Positions 1 through 8,792 of a stretch of DNA of 64,000 bases are shown here, one piece after another. This stretch comes from an uncultured Collinsella sp. (GTDB lineage: Bacteria > Actinomycetota > Coriobacteriia > Coriobacteriales > Coriobacteriaceae), in NCBI GenBank assembly GCA_928722055.1, contig CAKMWN010000002.1, positions 545,437-609,436 of the forward strand. The letters are read 5' to 3'. Under the pieces are notes generated by a model that saw only the letters and a list, made by a program, of their open reading frames with translations, searched no databases and had not been told where the DNA came from. The number at the start of each line of letters is the position of its first letter. Within the stretch, counting starts at the first letter, position 1. The position numbers and the translations under genes were made by a program.

Positions 1-138
1 CTGTCCATTAAGGAAGAAAATTGCTTCTTGGGTCTCGTGAACAATGAGTTGCGAGCCCGTATTGAAGTCTTCTGAGGGGTGTTTCCAGATAAAAGTTTGG
101 TTATTGCCCTCATATTTGATGACATCCGTGATGCTCAT
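1..138 (-). CDS. SPFH/Band-7-like protein, N-terminal fragment; the gene runs off the left edge
   Basis: Hand translation of the minus strand from ATG at 138-136 gives MSITDVIKYEGNNQTFIWKHPSEDFNTGSQLIVHETQEAIFFLNGQ, open to position 1. AGGAGGA SD at 141-147. The N-terminus recalls COG4260-type SPFH proteins (memory only). Absent from the ORF track because it is truncated. Confidence 0.45.
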   Translation of the reverse strand, partial: MSITDVIKYEGNNQTFIWKHPSEDFNTGSQLIVHETQEAIFFLNGQ

Positions 139-157
139 AGTCCTCCTGCTTCCATGG

Positions 158-979
158 TTAGTGATGTGGATTTGCTAAGATAGCCGCCGTTGCTACGACG
201 GCAAAAGAAGTGCTGAGACCCAGGCGCAGGATGTCGCCGGGGTACAGCTGGGCGGGTGCGCCGGAGCTGATGTCGAGTTCGCTGTTATCGGCTGTTCGAA
301 TCAGATGCGTGCCGTTGGTCGAACCGAGGTCTTGTGCGTACCAAGCATTGTTCTCGGCGAAGATGCGGAGATGCTTGGCGGAGACATCCAGCCCAACATC
401 GGTGACAGCGCCGTCTTCGAGTGCGAGCGCTCCGATGATGGAGCCCATGGTAGAAGGCTCAATGACATAAGGGCCCCCGACGACGAGTTCGTTGTCGATC
501 CTGATAAGGCCGATCGCACGTTCGGTGCCCGTTTGTTTTAAATCGCATGGACAGAAAGAAATACTTGAGGGGGTAAACGACCTGACGTTCTCTGCGAATT
601 CAAAGCGGTCCCTGATGTACGCGATAGCACGGGCCGGATCGCACCAACAGGCGGTCGAAACAACGAGCGTGATTGAGATAAGAGCCCTGTCATCTTTGTC
701 TGGCTGGCTGCTGACGAGGCGCGAGGCGGCGTTCCGGTAAAGGAGCCCATTACGCCCACAGGCACCGAGCGCTTGAGCCATCGTGTCAGTCGCTGCCGCA
801 ATCATGGTATAGATGTCGGCGTTCGAATACCCTTTTTCCCGTAGCTTGTGCAGGATTTGATTCGATGCGCAGGACCAGTCGGCAAAGTAGCGATCTTCTA
901 GGGAGCCCGGCTGCGAGTGCACAATCGTGCGCGAAAGCCAGCTGGTGTCCTGTGCCATTTGGGCGGTAGGGCTGTCCAT
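158..979 (-). CDS. FHA-domain protein with an uncharacterised Cys-rich N-terminal domain
   Basis: 273-aa ORF. The C-terminal ~90 aa shows FHA hallmarks (GSTNGTHL ... LYPGDILRLG). No family recognised for the N-terminal ~160 aa. Lies 19 nt upstream of the SPFH-like gene on the same strand. Confidence 0.7.
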   Translation of the reverse strand: MDSPTAQMAQDTSWLSRTIVHSQPGSLEDRYFADWSCASNQILHKLREKGYSNADIYTMIAAATDTMAQALGACGRNGLLYRNAASRLVSSQPDKDDRALISITLVVSTACWCDPARAIAYIRDRFEFAENVRSFTPSSISFCPCDLKQTGTERAIGLIRIDNELVVGGPYVIEPSTMGSIIGALALEDGAVTDVGLDVSAKHLRIFAENNAWYAQDLGSTNGTHLIRTADNSELDISSGAPAQLYPGDILRLGLSTSFAVVATAAILANPHH

Positions 980-1410
980 TTGTTAACGGCAGATCGGATA
1001 GTAACAGTTCGGCAAATGCGCGATGGGCTCAGGGTAAATGAAGTCTTGAACAGGGAGAACATGACCTCGAGCGGTGTTTGCCGTCTTGGCATGACATTCT
1101 CCCTTCCTTGAACTTATTCGCTAAATAAAGGATAAGGGTGCCACTAGCCGATTTTACTGTGCAACAAATTGCATGTCGGTGAGCGGTCACGCCACCTGAT
1201 GCGTTTGCTCCAGCATGAGAACTGGTTATCTTAGGGGCGCTATGCGGTCGCGTTTTGATTAGGATGGCACGACTCAGCCGCCCTTCGGGAAGCTGTGTCC
1301 CGGAATGGGCGCTCAGAGTGGGATGCAGTTTCCGCAAGGAGGTCCTGGGGGAAACCGTGCCCCGTTCTGATCCGAAATACTGGGACATAGTTTCCCTTTC
1401 ATAACAGGAG

Positions 1411-1452
1411 AAGGCGCGCTGTCTGCAGTTGATTCAGACGGCGCGCCTTTTT
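1411..1452 (+). terminator. Rho-independent terminator-like hairpin with its T-tract on the plus strand
   Basis: aaggcgcgc(1411-1419)/gcgcgcctt(1441-1449) stem followed by TTTTT. The T-run is on the plus strand, although the adjacent gene (SDR) is on the minus strand. It may work in both directions. Confidence 0.5.
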
Positions 1453-1494
1453 GGTTGAGCTATGTTGAAGCTTGAAGCCAAAGCTTGTGGCTCC

Positions 1495-2247
1495 TTAGGA
1501 GCGGGCGGCTCCGTCGACGGGGAGCACGGCGCCCGTGACGTAGGAGGACATGTCGCTCGCCAGGAAAAACAAAGGCGTTGGCGACATCCTCGGGCTCGCC
1601 CATGCGACCCAGCGGAATGGTGGCGATGATGGGCTTGATGACCTCTTCGGGCAGGTTGGCGACCATGTCGGTCTTAGTCACGCCGGGGGCGACGGCGTTG
1701 ACGCGGATGCCCATGGGAGCGAGCTCGCGCGAGAGCGACTGGACCATACCGTTGACGGCAAACTTGGACGTGGGGTAACCGACGCCGGAGGGCTGGCCGT
1801 TACTTGGCGACCATCGAGCTTGTGGTAGTGATGGTGCCGCCGTGGCCGGCCTCGGTCATGATCTTGGCGGCAGCCTGGTGGCCATTAAAGACGGCGACGA
1901 CGTTAAGGTCCATGACCTTTGCGAACTCCTCGGCCGTGTAGTCCAAGAGGGGTGAACGCTGGGAGATACCGGCATTGTTGACGACCGTGTCCAAGCCGCC
2001 CATGTCGGCTGCAGTCTGCGTAAAGGCCTCAGTCACGGCCTCGAGCGAGGTGAGATCGCAGGAGCGACCCCAGACCTTGGCGTCGGGATAGGCGGCTGTC
2101 AGCTTCTCAACGGCCGTGTCGGCAGTCTCTTGGCGCGAGCCAAAGACGGTGACGGCAGCGCCTTCCTCGATAAAACGGCAGGCGATGGCATAGCCGATAC
2201 CGCGTGTGCCTCCGGTGATGATTGCTTTCTTGCCCCTCGAGCAACAT
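1495..2247 (-). pseudogene. Short-chain dehydrogenase/reductase (SDR), disrupted by three 1-nt frameshifts
   Basis: ORF fragments 1460-1747 and 1800-2036, plus the N-terminal piece GKKAIITGGTRGIGYAIA, lie in three frames. Removing one base near 2233-2236 (CCCC run), near 1795-1806 and near 1560-1565 restores MLLEGKKAIITGGTRGIG...YPTSKFAVNGMVQSL...FVFLASDMSSYVTGAVLPVDGAARS*. Confidence 0.75.
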
Positions 2248-2395
2248 GGTGCTTCCTCTCATCGCGGGCGGACATTCGCAACACAGCGTAGCCGTAACCG
2301 GAATCGGCCGTGTTTGCATATCGGTGAACGGTAGCCCGCGTTACCGATGAGCGGCCTCGCGCAAATGTGCTCTGCCGTTGTGCTTAGGGCAGGTG

Positions 2396-2434
2396 ACAAA
2401 AGGGCTCCCGTCCCACATCGGACGGGAGCCCTCA
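2396..2434 (-). terminator. Terminator of hom
   Basis: agggctcccgtcc/ggacgggagccct hairpin, followed on the minus strand by TTTTG; about 30 nt after the hom stop. Confidence 0.6.
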
Positions 2435-2462
2435 AGGCGCGTATTGCTAGGCGAGCGTTGGG

Positions 2463-3806
2463 CTAGTTCGCCATGACGCCTTCGGTCCAAGCCTCAACGT
2501 CCTCGATGCGCAGGACGTTGGCGACCTCGGCCACACAGCCGACGTTGGCAAGCTCGGCCGCGGCAGCCTGGACGTCCTTCTCGAGCGCGCGATGCGTCAG
2601 GAAGATGACCGAGCAGGCATCGTTGACGCCCGACTTGCCGTCCTCGACCTGGTTGATGAGCGAGATCGAGATGTTGTGCTTGGCAAAGATGTCGACCGTC
2701 TCGGACAGGGCGCCCACGCGGTCGGCGACCTTCAGGCGCACATAGTACTTGGTCTGGAGCTCGTCCATGGGCTTAAAGGCGAGGTTGTGACCATAGGGCT
2801 CAATCTCGGGCAGCGGAGCCACGCCGCGGCTGATCTGCTCGGAGAGCGACAGGATGTCGCCCACGACGGCGCTCGCGGTGGGGAAGGAGCCTGCGCCGGC
2901 ACCGTAGAACATGGTCTCGCCCACGGCGTCGCCTACCACGTAGACAGCGTTCATGGCGCCGTTGACCTTGGCAAGCATGTGGTCGGCGGGGATCAGCGTG
3001 GGATGCACGCGGACGTCGACGCCGGCGTCGGTATTGCGGGCGATGCCGAGCAGCTTAATGGTGTAGCCGAGCTCGCGGGCCTGGGCGATGTCCTCGGCGC
3101 CGATGGTACGGATACCCTGCTGGTAAACATCGTCGGTGGTAACGCGGGTGCCAAAACCGATGGAGGCGAGGATTGCCGTCTTGCTGGCGGCATCGAAGCC
3201 GTCGACGTCGGCGGACGGGTCGGCCTCGGCATAGCCCTTTGCCTGGGCGTCGGCGAGCACGTCAGCGTAATCGGCGCCCTCGGCGTCCATGCGCGACAAG
3301 ATGTAGTTGGTGGTGCCGTTGAGAATGCCAGCGATGGTCAGGATCTTGTTGCCCACCAGGTCGTGCTCGAGCGTGCTGACAATGGGGATGCCACCGCCGC
3401 AGCTGGCCTCGCACTTAATCTGCACGCCGCACGCGCGTGCCTTCTCGGCGAGCGTCTCGACATGACGGCCCAGCAGGGCCTTGTTGGCAGAGACGACGTG
3501 CTTGCCGTTCTCGAAGGCGGTGGTGAAGATTTCGGTCGCGGGGTGCTCGCCGCCGATGAGCTCGACGACGATATCGACGGCGGGGTCGGTGACGACGTCG
3601 TGCCAGTCGCTCGTAAAGGCCTCGCGCTCAATACCGACAGCTTCGGCCTGCTCCCAGGCAAGCGCGCAGGCGCGGGTCAGCTTAAGGTCGATGCCGTAGG
3701 CGGCCAGGTACTCATCGTGGTGGCTCTTGATCAGACGGGCCACGCCGCCGCCGACGGTTCCAAGACCGATCAGACCGACGTTCACGGTGCGCAGGGGTTC
3801 GCTCAT
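2463..3806 (-). CDS. hom: Homoserine dehydrogenase
   Basis: 447-aa ORF with N-terminal GLIGLGTVGGGV NAD-binding motif, a homoserine dehydrogenase catalytic core and a C-terminal ACT-like domain. AAGGAG SD upstream. Confidence 0.9.
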   Translation of the reverse strand: MSEPLRTVNVGLIGLGTVGGGVARLIKSHHDEYLAAYGIDLKLTRACALAWEQAEAVGIEREAFTSDWHDVVTDPAVDIVVELIGGEHPATEIFTTAFENGKHVVSANKALLGRHVETLAEKARACGVQIKCEASCGGGIPIVSTLEHDLVGNKILTIAGILNGTTNYILSRMDAEGADYADVLADAQAKGYAEADPSADVDGFDAASKTAILASIGFGTRVTTDDVYQQGIRTIGAEDIAQARELGYTIKLLGIARNTDAGVDVRVHPTLIPADHMLAKVNGAMNAVYVVGDAVGETMFYGAGAGSFPTASAVVGDILSLSEQISRGVAPLPEIEPYGHNLAFKPMDELQTKYYVRLKVADRVGALSETVDIFAKHNISISLINQVEDGKSGVNDACSVIFLTHRALEKDVQAAAAELANVGCVAEVANVLRIEDVEAWTEGVMAN

Positions 3807-4056
3807 AGATAGCTCCTTCGTGCATCTTATGGATGGATTAACCGCTTAAAGGTTGAGTGCATTCTAGCGTGAACCGAGGGCGCATGCTCGCCAGGCAACA
3901 GGAGTCGCACAAAACGGCACCCCCGAAACGCTGCGGAAACATTGGAAACATGCTCGCTACAAACGGAACTCCGTAACAAACTGTCAACGTTTGCACCATA
4001 AGGTTTGCCCTGTACCGCAAGACGGCCGCACCGCGGCCAGCGAAAAGGGGGACACC

Positions 4057-5223
4057 ATGTTTAGCATCAACAACGTACTTAACCGCAGGAGTTTCTTGGC
4101 TGGCACCGCGGCGCTCGGTGGCACCGCGGCGCTCGCTGGTTGCTCGTCGGGTGGCTCGGACGGCGGCTCCGCCGATGACGGCAAGACCTTCAAGATCGGT
4201 GTCATCGGCCCTCTGACCGGCGCCGCGGCAACCTATGGCGTTTCGGCCGAGAAGGGTGCCAAGCTCGCCGCCAAGGATTTCTCGACCAAGGACCTCAAAC
4301 TCTCGCTTAAGTCCGAGGATGACGTCGCTGACGGCGAGAAGGCTATCAACGCCTTCAATACCCTGTGTGACTGGGGCATGCAGGCGCTCGTCGGTCCGGT
4401 CACCACCGGTGCTGCCGTCGCTGTCTCGGGCGAGATTGCCGACGACATGCTCATGGTCACGCCCTCGGCCTCGTCTCTCGACGTCACCAAGGATAAGACC
4501 ACGGTCTTTCAGGTTTGCTTCACCGATCCCACCATGGGCGCCAGCGCCGCGAAGTTCTTGGCCGAGAAGTACGCGGACGCCAAGATCGCCCTGTTCTACA
4601 ACTCCGGCGATACGTACAGCTCGGGTGTTGCCGATGCCTTTGCCGAGCAGGCCAAGGAGTCCAAACTTGATATCGTCGATACCGAGACCTTTAAGGACGA
4701 TTCCTCCACGAGCTTTACCAACCAGCTCACCAAGGCCAAGGAGGCCGGCGCCACGCTCATCTTTGCGCCGATCTACTACACGCCGGCGTCCGTTTTGCTC
4801 AAGAACGCCAAGGACATGGGCTACGACATGACGCTCATGGGTACCGACGGCATGGACGGCCTACTCTCTGTGGAAGGCTTCGATACCTCTCTTGCCGAGG
4901 GCGTACTGCTCATGACCCCGTTTTCGGCTGACGATGAGAAGAATGCCGACTTCGTCAAAGCCTATAAGGATGCCTACGACGAGACACCCAACCAGTTTGC
5001 CGCCGACGCCTACGATTGCGTCCACGCCATTGTCGAGGCCATCGACAAGGCGGGGATTGACATTACGGCCGACGGTGCCGACATTGCCGGCGACCTTGCC
5101 AAGGCCATGCGCAAGATCAAGATCGAGGGCCCGACAGGCGAGCTGACGTGGAATGACGAGGGCCAGGTCGAAAAGCCCGCTACGGCCTATGTGATCCAGG
5201 ACGGCAAGTACATCGCCGCCTAA
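4057..5223 (+). CDS. ABC transporter substrate-binding lipoprotein, Leu/Ile/Val-binding-protein family (paralogue 1)
   Basis: Start chosen at MFSINNVLNRRSFLAG...LAGCSS (twin-Arg-like signal plus lipobox), with a GGGGGA SD. Family features: KIGVIGPLTGAAA, QVCFTDP, PIYYTPAS. Confidence 0.85.
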   Translation: MFSINNVLNRRSFLAGTAALGGTAALAGCSSGGSDGGSADDGKTFKIGVIGPLTGAAATYGVSAEKGAKLAAKDFSTKDLKLSLKSEDDVADGEKAINAFNTLCDWGMQALVGPVTTGAAVAVSGEIADDMLMVTPSASSLDVTKDKTTVFQVCFTDPTMGASAAKFLAEKYADAKIALFYNSGDTYSSGVADAFAEQAKESKLDIVDTETFKDDSSTSFTNQLTKAKEAGATLIFAPIYYTPASVLLKNAKDMGYDMTLMGTDGMDGLLSVEGFDTSLAEGVLLMTPFSADDEKNADFVKAYKDAYDETPNQFAADAYDCVHAIVEAIDKAGIDITADGADIAGDLAKAMRKIKIEGPTGELTWNDEGQVEKPATAYVIQDGKYIAA

Positions 5224-5494
5224 GTGCGCATAAAGCGCGACCGGTGAGGCCGTTTTATTCAGGGAAGGGACGCCTGTAACAGAACGGAAACATTACTTTC
5301 ACACAATAAAGTGGCCTTACTGCATAAAGTAATAGAAATACGCAGAATTATGGATAAATGAACAAATCCAAAGAAAAGTTGAAATAATCGCCACTTTCCT
5401 TAACTAAAGCGTCTAGTATTTTGCGAACGCCGAACACGGCGAAGGATGGCCTGTCGGGTAACCGAAACCCGACGAGATTTGAGAGGAGAGCCGC

Positions 5495-6682
5495 ATGTCG
5501 AGCCTCACCGGTAAGTCATTGAACCCTGTTATGAATCGCAGGAGCGTTATCGCGAGCGCAGCAGGTCTGGGGGCGATGTCCATTCTAGCCGGCTGCTCCT
5601 CCAACGGCGGCGATAGCGGTTCCGCTTCGGGCGACGCTTCGTTTAAGATCGGCACCATCGGCCCGCTGACCGGTGCCAACGCGTCCTACGGCAAGTCCGT
5701 TACCCAGGGTGTCGAGCTTGGCTGCAAGGATTTCTCGACCAAGGAGCTGCCGCTTGCCAGCAAGGCCGAGGATGACCAGGCCGACGGCGAGAAGGCCGTC
5801 AACGCCTTCAACACCCTGCTCGACTGGGGCATGCAGGCCCTCGTCGGCCCGACCACCACGGGTGCGTCGGTTGCCGTTGCCGCCGAGTGCGGTAACGACC
5901 CCAAGACGTTCATGATCACCCCGTCCGCGTCCTCCGAGGACGTCACCGACGGCAAGGATTGCGTCTTCCAGGTTTGCTTCACCGACCCCAACCAGGGTGT
6001 CAACGCTGCCAAGTTCCTGGCGCAGAAGTATGCGGACGAGAAGTTCGTGCTGTTCTATAACTCCGGCGACGCATATTCTTCGGGCATCGCAGATTCCTTT
6101 AAGGCCCAGGCCGCTGAGTCCAAGCTCGAGATTGTTGACGAGGAGACCTTTAAGGACGACTCCGCCACGAGCTTTACCAACCAGCTGACCAAGGCCAAGC
6201 AGGCCGGCGCCACCATGATCTTTGCGCCGATCTACTACACGCCGGCGTCCGTCCTGCTCAAGAACGCCAAGGACATGGGCTACGACGTCAAGATGATGGG
6301 CTGCGACGGCATGGACGGCATCCTGGGCGTTGAGGGCTTCGATACCTCTCTTGCCGAGGGTCTGCTGCTCATGACCCCGTTCTCTGCCGACGACGAGAAG
6401 AACGCCGACTTCGTCAACGCTTACAAGGACAAGTACGGCGATACCCCCGACCAGTTTGCCGCCGACGCCTACGACGGCGTGCACGCGGTGGCCGAGGCCC
6501 TCAAGGAGGCCGGTCTTGGTGTCGACGCCGATCCGACCGAGGCCGCCGAGAAGCTGTCCAAGGCTATGCTCAAGATTACCGTTGACGGTCTGACCGGCAA
6601 GCTCACCTGGAACGATAAGGGCCAGGTCCAGAAGGAGCCCACGGCGTACGTCATCACCGACGGCAAGTACGTACAGGCCTAA
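5495..6682 (+). CDS. ABC transporter substrate-binding lipoprotein, Leu/Ile/Val-binding-protein family (paralogue 2)
   Basis: 395-aa ORF, clearly paralogous to 4057-5223 with long identical stretches (e.g. ATSFTNQLTKAK, IFAPIYYTPASVLLKNAKDMGYD). Signal NRRSV...LAGCSS. GAGAGGAG SD. Confidence 0.85.
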   Translation: MSSLTGKSLNPVMNRRSVIASAAGLGAMSILAGCSSNGGDSGSASGDASFKIGTIGPLTGANASYGKSVTQGVELGCKDFSTKELPLASKAEDDQADGEKAVNAFNTLLDWGMQALVGPTTTGASVAVAAECGNDPKTFMITPSASSEDVTDGKDCVFQVCFTDPNQGVNAAKFLAQKYADEKFVLFYNSGDAYSSGIADSFKAQAAESKLEIVDEETFKDDSATSFTNQLTKAKQAGATMIFAPIYYTPASVLLKNAKDMGYDVKMMGCDGMDGILGVEGFDTSLAEGLLLMTPFSADDEKNADFVNAYKDKYGDTPDQFAADAYDGVHAVAEALKEAGLGVDADPTEAAEKLSKAMLKITVDGLTGKLTWNDKGQVQKEPTAYVITDGKYVQA

Positions 6683-6713
6683 TTGGCCGCCTTACATAGA
6701 GCGGTTTTGATCC

Positions 6714-6775
6714 CAAGCAGGGGAGGTTTTGGCCTTCCCTGCTTGCTTGGTATCTAGGGACGATGTAACGTCCCT
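6714..6775 (+). promoter_or_regulatory. Two intercistronic hairpins between the binding-protein gene and the permease genes
   Basis: caagcaggggagg/ccttccctgcttg (6714-6746) and tagggacg-atgtaa-cgtcccta-like (6756-6775). Typical position for an mRNA stabiliser or partial terminator after an SBP gene. Confidence 0.4.
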
Positions 6776-6821
6776 GTTTCATACATCAACTGGAAACCTA
6801 TTCGAAAGGGGGATGTGGAAC

Positions 6822-7703
6822 ATGACGGTCTTTATCCAATACCTGGTCAACGGCCTGTCCATGGGCAGCGTCTACGCCATCATCGCGTTGGGCTACACCA
6901 TGGTCTACGGTATCGCCAAGATGCTGAACTTCGCTCACGGCGACGTTATCATGGTCGGTGCCTATGTCTCGTTCTGCGCCACGTCGTATCTCGGCCTCCC
7001 GGGCTGGGCATCTGTAGTTCTCTCTTGTGTGGTCTGTACCGTTCTCGGTGTTCTCATCGAGGGTCTGGCATACAAGCCGCTGCGTCAGGCGGGCCCGCTG
7101 GCCGTTCTGATCACGGCTATCGGCGTGTCTTACTTCCTGCAGAACGCCGCGCAGCTTCTGTGGGGCGCCACGCCCAAGAACTTCACTTCGCTCGTCACCT
7201 TCCAGGTGCCGGAGTTCTTGGCCAAGTTCAACGTAAGCGCCGTCTCGCTCGTCACCATCGTCGCCTGCCTGGTTATCATGGCCGGCCTGATGTTCTTTAC
7301 AGGTAAGACCAAGATGGGTAAGGCCATGCGTGCCGTGTCCGAGGACAAGGCCGCCGCTCAGCTCATGGGCATCAACGTCAACCGCACCATCTCGATGACG
7401 TTTGCCATCGGCTCTGCCCTTGCCGCCATCGCCGGCGTGCTCCTGTGCTCCTACTCGCCGGTGCTGCAGCCCACGACGGGTGCCATGCCTGGCATCAAGG
7501 CCTTCGACGCCGCCGTCTTCGGTGGCATCGGCTCCATCCCCGGCGCCTTTGTCGGCGGCATTCTCATCGGCATCATCGAGGCGATGGCGCAGGCTTACAT
7601 TTCCACGAGCCTTGCCAACTCCATCGTCTTTGGTGTTTTGATCATCGTCCTGCTCGTCAAGCCTGCCGGCCTCTTGGGCAAGTACGTCCCCGAGAAGGTG
7701 TAG
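6822..7703 (+). CDS. livH: Branched-chain amino acid ABC transporter permease
   Basis: Start at MTVFIQYLVNGLSMGSVYAIIALGYTMVYG (LivH-type N-terminus), 9 nt after a GGGGGA SD. Multi-pass hydrophobic protein. Confidence 0.85.
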   Translation: MTVFIQYLVNGLSMGSVYAIIALGYTMVYGIAKMLNFAHGDVIMVGAYVSFCATSYLGLPGWASVVLSCVVCTVLGVLIEGLAYKPLRQAGPLAVLITAIGVSYFLQNAAQLLWGATPKNFTSLVTFQVPEFLAKFNVSAVSLVTIVACLVIMAGLMFFTGKTKMGKAMRAVSEDKAAAQLMGINVNRTISMTFAIGSALAAIAGVLLCSYSPVLQPTTGAMPGIKAFDAAVFGGIGSIPGAFVGGILIGIIEAMAQAYISTSLANSIVFGVLIIVLLVKPAGLLGKYVPEKV

Positions 7704-8792
7704 GTGAGCGTTATGAAGTTTCTTAAAGACAAGCAGACGCGTCACGACTTTGTCACGTACGCCATGTGCATCGTGGCCTTCGCCATCGTGTTCTTTATGC
7801 AGTCTAACCACATGATTCCGCGCATGATCGCCGGTCAGCTGGTTCCCATCACGGCCTATATCGTCATGGCCATTTCCCTCAACCTCGTCGTCGGCATCGC
7901 GGGCGACTTGTCGCTGGGCCACGCGGGCTTTATGAGCGTCGGTGCCTACACGGGCATCGTCACCGCCGTCGCGCTGGAGAGCGCCGTTCCGTCCGATCCG
8001 ATGCGTCTGATCATCAGCATTGTGGTCGGCGCTATCGCCGCTGCCATCCTGGGCTTCTTGATTGGTATCCCGGTCCTGCGCCTGAGCGGCGACTATCTGG
8101 CCATCGTGACCCTGGCTTTTGGCGAGATCATCAAAGAGATCGTCACCTGCCTCATTGTGGGCGTCGACTCCCGCGGCCTGCACGTGATTTTTAACATCAC
8201 GGGCAACTCTACGATCGACGACCTGCACCTGCTCGAGGACGGCACCGCCATCATCAAGGGCGCCCAGGGCGCCTCGGGCGTGTCGACGTACTCGACCTTC
8301 CTCGCCGGTGCTATCCTGGTCATGGTCGCACTCGTGATCGTGCTCAACCTGGTCCGCAGCCGTACCGGCCGTGCCATTATGGCCGTGCGTGATAACAAGA
8401 TTGCAGCCGAGTCCGTAGGCATCTCCGTCACCGAGTACCGCATGATCGCCTTCGTGGTTTCCGCTGCCCTCGCCGGTGCTGCCGGAGCTCTCTTCGGCGG
8501 TAACTTCTCGCAGCTCTCCGCCACCAAGTTCGACTTCAACACGTCGATCCTCATTCTGGTGTTCGTGGTCCTGGGCGGCCTGGGCAATATGCGCGGCTCC
8601 GTCATCGCGGCGGCGTTGCTCACGGTGCTTCCCGAGCTGCTCCGTCAGTTCTCGGACTACCGCATGCTCATCTACGCCATCGTGCTGATCCTGGTCATGA
8701 TTTTTACCAACAACCCGCAGCTCAAGGCGTTCTTCGGTCGCGTCAAGGACCGCTTTGCTTCCAAGAAGGAGGTGGCAGCCGATGCCCAGTAA
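7704..8792 (+). CDS. livM: Branched-chain amino acid ABC transporter permease
   Basis: 362-aa hydrophobic ORF directly after the livH stop. LivM-type motifs (GDLSLGHAGFMSVGAY, VRDNKIAAESVGI). The start could be GTG 7704 or ATG 7713. Confidence 0.85.
   Translation: MSVMKFLKDKQTRHDFVTYAMCIVAFAIVFFMQSNHMIPRMIAGQLVPITAYIVMAISLNLVVGIAGDLSLGHAGFMSVGAYTGIVTAVALESAVPSDPMRLIISIVVGAIAAAILGFLIGIPVLRLSGDYLAIVTLAFGEIIKEIVTCLIVGVDSRGLHVIFNITGNSTIDDLHLLEDGTAIIKGAQGASGVSTYSTFLAGAILVMVALVIVLNLVRSRTGRAIMAVRDNKIAAESVGISVTEYRMIAFVVSAALAGAAGALFGGNFSQLSATKFDFNTSILILVFVVLGGLGNMRGSVIAAALLTVLPELLRQFSDYRMLIYAIVLILVMIFTNNPQLKAFFGRVKDRFASKKEVAADAQ

Noticed and set aside
1029-1388. 119-aa minus-strand ORF in the 980-1459 gap
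   Set aside because: Its composition is rich in Ser/Arg/His/Cys and looks non-protein-like. There is no SD and no recognisable motif. I treated the region as non-coding.
1100-1410. Possible SRP RNA, RNase P, tmRNA or riboswitch (TPP, cobalamin, ydaO) in the gap
   Set aside because: There are only short, partial resemblances, e.g. CCCGGAAUGGG compared with the SRP GGAA tetraloop helix, a GCCACT, and CUGAGA...CCUGAUC-like pieces. None reproduces the full conserved cores. This needs Rfam cmscan before any call.
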